This document shows positions 1 to 8,384 of a stretch of DNA of 64,000 nucleotides, piece after piece. The notes beneath the pieces are model-generated. The model made no database searches, was not told the DNA's origin, and saw only the letters and a program-made list of their open reading frames with translations. Every line of letters starts with the position of its first letter. Positions within the stretch are counted from its first letter, which is position 1. The DNA is from Rhodoferax sp. Its GTDB lineage: Bacteria; Pseudomonadota; Gammaproteobacteria; Burkholderiales; Burkholderiaceae_C. The translations under genes were made by a program, and so were the position numbers. The stretch spans positions 3,596 through 67,595 of the forward strand of contig JAIPCE010000001.1 of the NCBI GenBank assembly GCA_021738345.1, read 5' to 3'.

Positions 1-474
1 GAGGCCTACGGCGGTAGCCGTCTTGCGAGTTGGACGGTCTGGGTGGCACCAAGCACCATGCGTCCGGCAGACGTGGCCAAGCGCGTCGGGATGTCAGAGG
101 CGGAGTTGCGCAACATCAACGGCATACCCCAGCGCATGGTGATACGGGCGGGCTCCACGCTGCTGGTGCCACGCGGTGCCAGCATCATCGAAGATGTGGT
201 AAGCCGAGTGGCGGACCACGGCCAGATGTCTTTTGCACCCGAAGTGGTGCTGAAACGAACCGTGGTCAAGGCCGGCCGCAAAGACAACGTGACAAGCCTG
301 GCAGCAAGATACCGTGTCAACCCTGGTCAAGTTGCGCAATGGAACAATGTGTCTTCCACCGCAAGTTTCAGACAGGGGCAGCAGGTCGTGTTGTTTTTGC
401 CACCACAGGCCGCCGCCAAGAATCCTCCGCCAAAAACACCGATCCGACCGACGACCAAACTGGCTAAGCGCTAA
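1..474 (+). CDS. 3' part of a LysM-repeat protein, probably a membrane-bound lytic murein transglycosylase (MltD-like); 5'-truncated by the window edge
   Basis: Frame is open from base 1 (EAYGGSRLASWTVWVAPSTM...). Two LysM-like repeats (VAKRVGMSEAELRNINGI; LAARYRVNPGQVAQWNN) and a basic tail. Catalytic domain lies outside the window. Confidence 0.7.
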   Translation, partial: EAYGGSRLASWTVWVAPSTMRPADVAKRVGMSEAELRNINGIPQRMVIRAGSTLLVPRGASIIEDVVSRVADHGQMSFAPEVVLKRTVVKAGRKDNVTSLAARYRVNPGQVAQWNNVSSTASFRQGQQVVLFLPPQAAAKNPPPKTPIRPTTKLAKR

Positions 475-511
475 CAGATAATCTGATAGGTTGTTCAGTG
501 AGATAGTTCTG

Positions 512-1102
512 TTAGCGTCGATCGACCAGCGCATGGGCGATGGTGCCCAGGTCCACGTATTCGAGTTCACTCCCCGCAGGCACCCCGCGCGCCAGGCGGG
601 TGATTGTGAGACCGCGTGCACGTAAGCCTTCGCTGATGACATGCGCGGTGGCCTCGCCTTCGGCGGTGAAATTGGTTGCCAATATGACTTCGGTGACCGT
701 ACCGTCCAACGCCCGATCAAATAGTTTCTTGAGACCAATGTCATGCGGCCCTATGCCATCGAGTGGACTGAGTTTGCCCATCAATACAAAATAAAGGCCC
801 CGGTACGCCCCGGTGCGCTCCAGTGCAGCTTGGTCCGCCGGGGTCTCGACCACGCACAGCTTGCTCGGGTCGCGACGATGGTCAAGACAGGTGGCGCACA
901 TGCAGGCCTCGCTAAACGTGTGACAACGCTCACAATGCCGCACATTGCTGGCCGCCTCCTGCAAGGCTCTTGACAGCGCCACAGCACCCGCGCGGTCGTG
1001 CTGCAACAGATGAAACGCCATGCGCTGGGCCGACTTGATGCCGACGCCCGGCAAGCGGCGCAATGTCTGAATCAGGACCTCCAGCGCAGGGGTAGAAGAC
1101 AC
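512..1102 (-). CDS. recR: Recombination mediator RecR
   Basis: [11 protein letters not shown] helix-hairpin-helix, C4 zinc finger (CERC...CATC), Toprim VVET/EGEATA; follows dnaX-ybaB. Confidence 0.97.
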   Translation of the reverse strand: MSSTPALEVLIQTLRRLPGVGIKSAQRMAFHLLQHDRAGAVALSRALQEAASNVRHCERCHTFSEACMCATCLDHRRDPSKLCVVETPADQAALERTGAYRGLYFVLMGKLSPLDGIGPHDIGLKKLFDRALDGTVTEVILATNFTAEGEATAHVISEGLRARGLTITRLARGVPAGSELEYVDLGTIAHALVDRR

Positions 1103-1184
1103 AGATTAAGGCGTCACTGCGACAGGAATGGTTGCGGTCGCACCAAGTGCCGGCGCACGCTGCTATCTACCGGAAGATACCCAC

Positions 1185-1517
1185 CTAAAACGGGAATTTC
1201 ATTCCTCCTGGCAAGCCTGGCATGCCGGCAGTGATCTTGCCCATCTTTTCAGTGGACATCTCTTCGGCCTTTCGTACCGCTGCATTGAACGCGGCGGCCA
1301 CCAGGTCTTCGAGCATGTCCTTGTCGTCCGCCAGGAGACTGGGGTCAATGGTGACGCGCTTGACATCATGCTTGCAGGTCATGGTGACCCTTACCAATCC
1401 CGCACCAGACTCGCCCGTGACCTCAATATTGCCGAGTTCATCCTGGGCTTTCTTCATGTTGTCCTGCATGGCCTGGGCCTGCTTCATCAGTCCGGCCAGT
1501 TGTCCTTTGTTGAACAT
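1185..1517 (-). CDS. ybaB: YbaB/EbfC nucleoid-associated protein
   Basis: LMKQAQAMQ...[12 protein letters not shown]...[12 protein letters not shown] signature; located between dnaX and recR. Confidence 0.95.
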   Translation of the reverse strand: MFNKGQLAGLMKQAQAMQDNMKKAQDELGNIEVTGESGAGLVRVTMTCKHDVKRVTIDPSLLADDKDMLEDLVAAAFNAAVRKAEEMSTEKMGKITAGMPGLPGGMKFPF

Positions 1518-1578
1518 GGGTTTCCTTCAAAATTTCAAAAACAAGTCACAGCCATTCGCAACAGACGGTCAGCCACCG

Positions 1579-3648
1579 TCAGAGTGGTCGAATGGATCCA
1601 GGCACGATTTTCGCGCCAAAGTCACGCACCATGGCCTGCACGAACGGATCACCGTAAATTATCTTTTCAGCGGCCAGTTGTTTTTCAGCGGAGGCTGCAC
1701 TGTTTCGGCGCGCCGGGCAATCGGTGACGCGGCCAACCTCCACCACCAGTTTCACCACATAGCCAGCGGCGTGGAGCGCATTCGTGAGTCGGTCTCGACT
1801 GCCACTTTGGTTCAGCGACTCACGCTCCACCCGCAAAATCCATTGGTCGGTGTCACGTGCCACCAGTTGCGACTGTAGCGCCAGCTCACGCACCATCGCG
1901 TTGATGGCTTCAGCCTGAATCAATTGTTGCACCAAGGCGTGCCAAAAATCGCCCTCTTCGCTCGGGATCAAACCCGGCGAAGTTGCTGACGAGGCGGGCT
2001 CGGATTGGGTTTGTGGCAACTGACGCACAGGAACCGACACCAAACGGGTGGCAACCCGCAGTGGCTCGACCTGCTCCAAAGCGTCCACCGTCTCCAAATT
2101 ATCAGCCTCTGGTTTGCGACCCAGATTGCGCACAGGCACGCTCACACCCATAGGAACTGCAGACCGTTGCATCGACTCCGCTTGGGCAAGCGCCGCTGCC
2201 GGTACGTGCTGAGGTAGTGGCGCAGGTGGCAACCCGGCGGGCGAAACCGTCAGGACACTCGGCGCATCTTCCCTGGGCACAACAGCACTGGGTTGGGCTG
2301 CGGCCACGATGTCAGGCAGTTGAGGGTGCACAGCCTCTGACTCGATTACAGCCAATTTCGCACGCACAGCTGGGGCCACAGGCGCCGCATCGGTCGGCCG
2401 TTCGCCCAACGGGGGCAGCCCTACCACTGCGGCAGTCGGGCTGCCCGTGGCACTCGCCGGCCGTGTCAATGGCCGCTCAGTCGCTGGAAAGCCTGGAGTT
2501 TTTTTTTCCGCCAGTGCCGTTTCGGCAGGGGGTTTGAAAGCCAGCAAGCGCAACAGCACCATGGTGAGCGCCGCATATTCGTCCGGTGCCAGCCCCAGGT
2601 CGCCGCGACCATGCAGGCAGATGCTGTACAGCAACTGTGTCTCGTCTGCAGGCATCAGGGTGGCCAAGCGCGCTGTGTCGGCGGCTTCGGGGTCGCTGTC
2701 GTCATCGGTCGCGCCGGCCATGCCGCCGGCGGATCGCGCGAGCGTCTGCAGCACCGCCATGCGTTGCAGCACCGTCGACATTTCTTCCAGGGTCGATGCC
2801 GCGCTCAGACCGTTCAGACGCAGCGCCTCAGAGGTCTCGACCACGGTTTTGCCATCACCCGTCGCCAAGGCCTCAATCAGACGAAATACATAGGATCGGT
2901 CGACGCTGCCCAGCATCTGGCGCACGCTCGCCTCCTGTAATAGGCCTGACCCGAAGGCAATGGCCTGGTCAGTCAGGCTCAGGGCATCGCGCATCGACCC
3001 CCGGGCTGCGCGCGCCAGCAACCGCAGGGCTTGCACCTCGGCGCTTACCTGCTCCACCGCCAGCACCTGGGTCAAGTGCTCACGAATGGTCTCGGGGGCC
3101 ATCGGGCGAAGGTTGAATTGCAGGCAGCGCGAAAGCACCGTAACCGGCACCTTCTGCGGATCGGTCGTGGCCAATACGAACTTGAGATACTCGGGCGGCT
3201 CTTCGAGCGTCTTCAACATGGCATTAAACGCCGTCGTCGTGAGCATGTGCACTTCGTCAATCATGAACACCTTGAAGCGTCCTTGCACCGGCTTGTAGAC
3301 CGCCTGCTCCAGCAGCGACTGGACTTCGTCGACCCCGCGATTCGAGGCGGCGTCAAGCTCGGTGTAGTCAACAAAGCGGCCGCTGTCAATATCCGTGCAA
3401 GCGGCACAGACGCCACACGGGTGGGCGGTGATTCCACCCTGCCCGTCCGTTCCCTGGCAATTCAGGGATTTGGCCAAAATGCGTGATACCGTCGTCTTGC
3501 CGACCCCGCGCGTGCCGGTAAACAAATACGCGTGGTGAAGGCGCTGTGTGGTCAGCGCATTGGTGAGCGCCTGCACCACATGGTCCTGCCCCACCATTTC
3601 GGTGAAGTTGCGCGGACGGTATTTGCGGGCGAGCACAAGGTATGACAT
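1579..3648 (-). CDS. dnaX: DNA polymerase III subunit gamma/tau
   Basis: LARKYRP, Walker A GTRGVGKTT, CGVCAAC zinc site, DEVH, SRC motif, Pro/Ala-rich linker, C-terminal tau domain. Confidence 0.98.
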   Translation of the reverse strand: MSYLVLARKYRPRNFTEMVGQDHVVQALTNALTTQRLHHAYLFTGTRGVGKTTVSRILAKSLNCQGTDGQGGITAHPCGVCAACTDIDSGRFVDYTELDAASNRGVDEVQSLLEQAVYKPVQGRFKVFMIDEVHMLTTTAFNAMLKTLEEPPEYLKFVLATTDPQKVPVTVLSRCLQFNLRPMAPETIREHLTQVLAVEQVSAEVQALRLLARAARGSMRDALSLTDQAIAFGSGLLQEASVRQMLGSVDRSYVFRLIEALATGDGKTVVETSEALRLNGLSAASTLEEMSTVLQRMAVLQTLARSAGGMAGATDDDSDPEAADTARLATLMPADETQLLYSICLHGRGDLGLAPDEYAALTMVLLRLLAFKPPAETALAEKKTPGFPATERPLTRPASATGSPTAAVVGLPPLGERPTDAAPVAPAVRAKLAVIESEAVHPQLPDIVAAAQPSAVVPREDAPSVLTVSPAGLPPAPLPQHVPAAALAQAESMQRSAVPMGVSVPVRNLGRKPEADNLETVDALEQVEPLRVATRLVSVPVRQLPQTQSEPASSATSPGLIPSEEGDFWHALVQQLIQAEAINAMVRELALQSQLVARDTDQWILRVERESLNQSGSRDRLTNALHAAGYVVKLVVEVGRVTDCPARRNSAASAEKQLAAEKIIYGDPFVQAMVRDFGAKIVPGSIRPL
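2499..2507 (-). other. A9 slippery run in dnaX (candidate recoding site)
   Basis: Minus strand reads GCG GAA AAA AAA ACT at codons 380-384; both shifted frames stop within 11 codons. Confidence 0.6.
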
Positions 3649-3654
3649 GAAGGG

Positions 3655-3660
3655 ATTCTA
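3655..3660 (-). promoter_or_regulatory. Candidate -10 box TAGAAT 6 nt before the dnaX ATG
   Basis: Minus strand TAGAAT-CCCTTC-ATG; no Shine-Dalgarno; no well-spaced -35. Confidence 0.5.
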
Positions 3661-3736
3661 AGGCGTGGCCTTGCGCAGCAAGCGGCCAACGCCATATAGT
3701 GCGGATTACACTACTTCGCGGCCCTCGGAGGACTTT

Positions 3737-5110
3737 ATGCACACCATCCGCCAGCCTGCCGTCGCAGGCACGTTTTATACCGGGCAGGCACACGCCCTGT
3801 CGCAACAGGTGAAGTCGATGCTGGCTTCAACCACCGTGGGCCAGACGGCCGCCGCCGTTCCCAAGGCACTGATTGTGCCGCATGCGGGCTATATCTATTC
3901 GGGCACCACGGCAGCCTTGGCCTATCGGCGGCTGTTGCCGGTACAAGCCACCATCCGACGGGTCGTCTTGCTCGGTCCGGCGCACCGGGTGGCCGTGCGG
4001 GGGCTGGCGCTTGCCGGGGCAGATTACTTTGCCACTCCGCTGGGCACGGTCGAGATTGACCGTGATGCAGTCGCCAAAATTGCCACGCTGCCCCAGGTCG
4101 TCGTCAGTCCTGCGGTCCACGCCCAGGAGCACTCGCTCGAAGTCCAGTTGCCCTTTTTGCAAACCGCGTTAAGAGACTTCAAGCTGGTGCCGCTGGTGGT
4201 CGGTGACGCCACACCGTCCGAGGTCGCACAGGTGCTTGAGACCTTATGGGGCGGCAATGAGACGCTGGTCGTCATCAGCTCAGACCTGTCGCACTATTTG
4301 CCCTACGCTGCTGCCCAGGCACAGGACCAGCAAACGGTTCAGACCATTGCCGAACTTAAACCCACGATTACGCACCACCAGGCCTGTGGTGGCACGCCCG
4401 TCAACGGGCTCTTGCTGGCCGCCAGGCAGCACGGCCTGCAAGCTGAGTTACTAGGCCTGTGCAACTCTGGCGACACAGCGGGCGACAAGCAGCGGGTTGT
4501 CGGATATGCCTCCTTTGCCTTTGTGACCTGCGCAGTGCGTCGAGCGGACACCCCATCAGACGCAGAAGACGGCCAGCTCCTGCTGCCGATTGCCCGCGCT
4601 GCCATCTCGACCGCCCTGGGTCGCCAGACGGCTGCGCCTGAAAGCGCGCCGTGGTTGCAGGACCGGGGTGCCTGTTTCGTCACCTTGACCCAACAAGGAC
4701 AACTGCGCGGTTGCATCGGCTCACTGGAGGCGCGCCGTACTTGGCTGCATGATGTGAAATCCAACGCCGTGGCAGCCGCCCTGCAAGACCCCCGCTTTAC
4801 GCCCTTGACGGCTGCCGAACTCGAGACCACCGACATTGAGGTGTCCTTGCTGTCCGCCACCCAAGCCATGCAGTTTGAGTCGGAAGCCCATGCGCTGGCG
4901 CAGCTTCGCCCCGGCATCGACGGCGTGATTTTTGAATATGGGCGCCATCGCAGTACCTTTTTGCCCCAGGTCTGGGAACAATTGCCTGCCGCCGTCCACT
5001 TCATGGCCCACCTCAAACGCAAGGCCGGCTTGTCGCCCGACTTTTGGCACGCCGATGTTCGACTCCACCGCTACACGGTGCGCAAATGGAAGGAACAGGA
5101 GGGACCATGA
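3737..5110 (+). CDS. amrB: Fused AmmeMemoRadiSam protein B (MEMO1-like) and protein A (AMMECR1-like)
   Basis: GGAGG RBS before ATG 3737. MEMO motifs PHAGYIYSG, EHSLEVQLPFLQ, SSDLSHY, ACGG; then AMMECR1 motifs ACFVTL, LRGCIG, TFLPQV in the same frame. Confidence 0.9.
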   Translation: MHTIRQPAVAGTFYTGQAHALSQQVKSMLASTTVGQTAAAVPKALIVPHAGYIYSGTTAALAYRRLLPVQATIRRVVLLGPAHRVAVRGLALAGADYFATPLGTVEIDRDAVAKIATLPQVVVSPAVHAQEHSLEVQLPFLQTALRDFKLVPLVVGDATPSEVAQVLETLWGGNETLVVISSDLSHYLPYAAAQAQDQQTVQTIAELKPTITHHQACGGTPVNGLLLAARQHGLQAELLGLCNSGDTAGDKQRVVGYASFAFVTCAVRRADTPSDAEDGQLLLPIARAAISTALGRQTAAPESAPWLQDRGACFVTLTQQGQLRGCIGSLEARRTWLHDVKSNAVAAALQDPRFTPLTAAELETTDIEVSLLSATQAMQFESEAHALAQLRPGIDGVIFEYGRHRSTFLPQVWEQLPAAVHFMAHLKRKAGLSPDFWHADVRLHRYTVRKWKEQEGP

Positions 5111-6183
5111 CGCAGGAATCAAGCTACCCCGCGCGCTACTGGCACGCCAACCCCGACGGTCGAATACAGTGCGACCTGTGCCCACGCGACTGCAAACTGC
5201 ACGACGGCCAGCGCGGCGCCTGCTTTGTGCGGGCGCGCCAGGGCAATCAGATGATTCTGACCACCTACGGACGGTCCTCGGGCTTTTGTATCGACCCGAT
5301 CGAAAAAAAGCCCCTGAACCATTTTTACCCGGGCAGCAGTGTGCTGTCATTTGGCACGGCCGGATGCAATCTGACCTGCAAGTTCTGCCAGAACTGGGAC
5401 ATCAGCAAGTCGCGTGACATGGACCGCCTGATGGAACGTGCAGCGCCCGAGACGATTGCGCTCGAAGCCCTTAAATATGGCTGCAAGAGCGTGGCCTTTA
5501 CCTACAACGACCCGGTCATTTTTGCCGAATACGCCATGGATGTCGCCGACGCCTGCCACGCCCAAGGGGTGCAGACGGTCGCCGTCACGGCGGGCTACAT
5601 GCACGCCGCCGCCCGGCGCGACTTCTACGCCAAAATCGACGCCGCCAACGTCGACCTGAAGGCGTTTACCGACGACTTTTACTTCAAGCTCACCGGCTCA
5701 CATCTGCAACCAGTGCTCGATACCCTGGTTTATCTCAAGCATGAAACCCAGGTGTGGCTGGAGATCACCACCCTGTTGATTCCTGGGCACAACGACTCTG
5801 ACACGGAGATCACTGCGCTGTGTCGTTGGGTTCGGCAGGCGCTCGGGCCGGACGTGCCGCTGCACTTTTCCGCCTTCCATCCCGACCACAAGATGCCTGA
5901 CATTCCCGCGACGCCCCAGGCTACGCTGGTGCGGGCGCGCACGATTGGGCTACAGGAAGGCCTGCATTTTGTCTACACCGGCAATGTGCACCACGCAGAG
6001 GGCGGCACCACGGTTTGCCCGCATTGCCAGGCCAGCCTCGTCGTGCGGGACTGGTACCAGATCCGGCAGTATCGGATATCCGAGACTGGCACTTGCCCGG
6101 ACTGTAGCAAGCCAATCGCAGGCCGGTTTGATGCCCAATGCGGTAACTTTGGCCGCAAACGTATTCCGATCCGAATGCATTGA
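5107..6183 (+). CDS. amrS: AmmeMemoRadiSam radical SAM enzyme
   Basis: CNLTCKFC (CxxxCxxC), N-terminal CDLCPRDC, PIEKKPLNHFYPG, C-terminal CPHC/CPDC; ATGA overlap with the upstream gene. Confidence 0.93.
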   Translation: MTQESSYPARYWHANPDGRIQCDLCPRDCKLHDGQRGACFVRARQGNQMILTTYGRSSGFCIDPIEKKPLNHFYPGSSVLSFGTAGCNLTCKFCQNWDISKSRDMDRLMERAAPETIALEALKYGCKSVAFTYNDPVIFAEYAMDVADACHAQGVQTVAVTAGYMHAAARRDFYAKIDAANVDLKAFTDDFYFKLTGSHLQPVLDTLVYLKHETQVWLEITTLLIPGHNDSDTEITALCRWVRQALGPDVPLHFSAFHPDHKMPDIPATPQATLVRARTIGLQEGLHFVYTGNVHHAEGGTTVCPHCQASLVVRDWYQIRQYRISETGTCPDCSKPIAGRFDAQCGNFGRKRIPIRMH

Positions 6184-6273
6184 ACGTAATAGCTACGGGC
6201 GGCCGTGCGTGCCCGCTGGCAAAATGGAATCCCTGTCTTCGGACTCTTACGCTTGCCCGACTGCACCAGCTCC

Positions 6274-7575
6274 ATGCCACAACCCAAACGAACGCGCAAA
6301 TTCCCTTTGCCGCCAGGCTGGTTCGCGCTAGGCCCCGATGATTTGCTACGCGACCCGATTTACCGACGACTGTGGCTGTCCATTCTGATCAGCTCCTTTG
6401 GGGCCCAGGTCACCATGCTCGCGCTGCCGCTGACCGCCGCCGTGCTGCTGCAGGCCACCCCGACACAGATGGGTCTGCTCACTTCGATGGAGTTGTTGCC
6501 ATTTGTTCTGTTGTCGCTGCCGGCCGGAGTGTGGCTCGACCGGGTGCGCAAGCTCCCGGTATATGTCGTTGGCGAAGGCATCGTGGCCTTGGTCTTGGCC
6601 AGTGTGCCGCTGTGCTGGGCGCTGGATTTGCTAACCATGCCATTCATGTACGGCGTCGCTTTCACGATCGGGTGTGTGTTTGTAACGGCAGGGACTGCAG
6701 CGCAAATTGTGCTGACCCAGGTGGTCCCGCGCGAGCGCCTGGTCGAGGCCCATGCCAAGAACGCGCTCGCCTCTTCGGGCGCGGAAGTGGCCGGGCCCGG
6801 CCTGGCGGGTGCCTTGATCAAGCTGGTGGGTGCGCCGTTGGCGCTGCTGGGTGATGCAGTCCTGCTGATGATCAGTGTGTCAATTTTGCGTGGCTTGCGC
6901 GTGGTGGAGCAGCTCAAGCCCCGGGAAGACACCCACTTTTGGCGCGATCTCAAAGAAGGCCTGTCATTTGTAGCGCAGCACCGCCTGCTGCTGTCACTGG
7001 CAAGCGTCGTGGGTCTGTGGCAAATGTGCCACCACAGCGCCATGGTGGTGCAGATTCTGTTTGCCACCCGGGAACTGGGGCTGAGCGAGCACCAGGTGGG
7101 TTTGTGCTATGTGGCGCTGGGTGTCGGAACGGTGATTGCCAGTACCCTTGGAAACCGCATCTCCAGCCACATCGGACCCGGCCCCTGTCTGGTGGTGGGA
7201 TTTGCGGTATGCGGTGTCGGCTGGCTGCAATTGGCATTCGCACCTGTCAATGCCTGGGGGGTCGCGTCCTTTGTTTTGATGTTGCTGTGCTTCAGTGCGG
7301 GAGCGGTGCTGATTTTCATCAACTTCCTGGCCTTGCGCCAGGCGGTGACTCCAACCCACCTGCTGGGCCGTATGACCAGCACGATGCGTTGGCTCATTTT
7401 GATTCCCGCAGGACCCGGCGCGCTCCTCGGCGGCTACATGGGAGAGCACCTGGGGCTGCGCTACTCCCTGGGCTTTGGTGGACTGTCTGCCTTGCTGCTG
7501 GCCGCCTGGGCCTGGCAGCATCCGGTCATCCGCGCAGTGCGCACACTTCCGACCCTGCACCCTACATCTGCTTGA
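6274..7575 (+). CDS. MFS transporter (about 12 TM)
   Basis: About 12 hydrophobic segments, motif-A-like GVWLDRVRK, LLGRMTSTMR. Start uncertain (GTG 6205 or ATG 6274). Confidence 0.9.
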   Translation: MPQPKRTRKFPLPPGWFALGPDDLLRDPIYRRLWLSILISSFGAQVTMLALPLTAAVLLQATPTQMGLLTSMELLPFVLLSLPAGVWLDRVRKLPVYVVGEGIVALVLASVPLCWALDLLTMPFMYGVAFTIGCVFVTAGTAAQIVLTQVVPRERLVEAHAKNALASSGAEVAGPGLAGALIKLVGAPLALLGDAVLLMISVSILRGLRVVEQLKPREDTHFWRDLKEGLSFVAQHRLLLSLASVVGLWQMCHHSAMVVQILFATRELGLSEHQVGLCYVALGVGTVIASTLGNRISSHIGPGPCLVVGFAVCGVGWLQLAFAPVNAWGVASFVLMLLCFSAGAVLIFINFLALRQAVTPTHLLGRMTSTMRWLILIPAGPGALLGGYMGEHLGLRYSLGFGGLSALLLAAWAWQHPVIRAVRTLPTLHPTSA

Positions 7576-8335
7576 ACAGGTGGGAAAACGGACGACTCAC
7601 GGCCAAGTTTTCCTTGCGTCCCTTGATTTTGACGGTCGCCTGACCCCGAAAGTCGCGTGACACCGACTCGATGGCAGCCGCATTGACAATCGTGGAGCGG
7701 TGAATTTGCCAGAATTTGTTGCCATCGATACCCTCCACAATTTCTTTGATGGGCGTACGAATCAGCGCGTCCAACTCGGCCGTGGCCACCAGGGTGTATT
7801 TTTCGTCCGACTGAAAGAACAAGACCTCGTCAATGGGAATCAAGCGCAGGTTTTGCCCCACGCTGGCCTTGATCCACTTGAGTTGCTCGGTCGGTGAGGA
7901 CAGTTTGGCTGACAGGCGGGCTACCAGCGCTTCAAGGTCTTGCGGTGGTGCGGCCGGCACCCTGCCAAGGCGCGCCTGCAGCCGGTCCACTGCAGACTTC
8001 AAACGCTCGTCGGTGTAGGGTTTGAGCACATAGTCCACTGCGTCGGTCTCGAATGCCTCAACCGCGTAGTGGTCAAAGGCGGTCACAAACACCACATGGC
8101 ATTTCAGTTGGGGATTGGCGGCCAGGCTGCGCGCCACCTCCACGCCGGTCATCTCCGGCATCTGGATGTCAAGAAATGCCAGGTCGGGGTGGTACTGATC
8201 GATGGCCTCGAGTGCGGCCTCACCGTCCCCGACATCGGCAGCGATTTGCAATTCGGGCCACAGTCGGGCCAATTTTGCCTTGAGTTGTGCCCGCAATATG
8301 GGTTCATCTTCAGCAATGATGGCGGTAAATGGCAT
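7562..8335 (-). CDS. LytTR-family response regulator
   Basis: Receiver AEDE...FLDIQMP...FVTA...YVLKP; LytTR domain FWQIHRSTIVN...VSR. ATG 8335 chosen. Confidence 0.93.
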   Translation of the reverse strand: MPFTAIIAEDEPILRAQLKAKLARLWPELQIAADVGDGEAALEAIDQYHPDLAFLDIQMPEMTGVEVARSLAANPQLKCHVVFVTAFDHYAVEAFETDAVDYVLKPYTDERLKSAVDRLQARLGRVPAAPPQDLEALVARLSAKLSSPTEQLKWIKASVGQNLRLIPIDEVLFFQSDEKYTLVATAELDALIRTPIKEIVEGIDGNKFWQIHRSTIVNAAAIESVSRDFRGQATVKIKGRKENLAVSRPFSHLFKQM

Positions 8336-8384
8336 AGAGGTTCCCTTTTTTTCGGCGACAGGGCTGTGGGGATTTTGAGATATT

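Noticed and set aside
7562-7575. 14 bp convergent overlap of the MFS and LytTR 3' ends
   Set aside because: Short tail-to-tail overlaps are common and imply no function.
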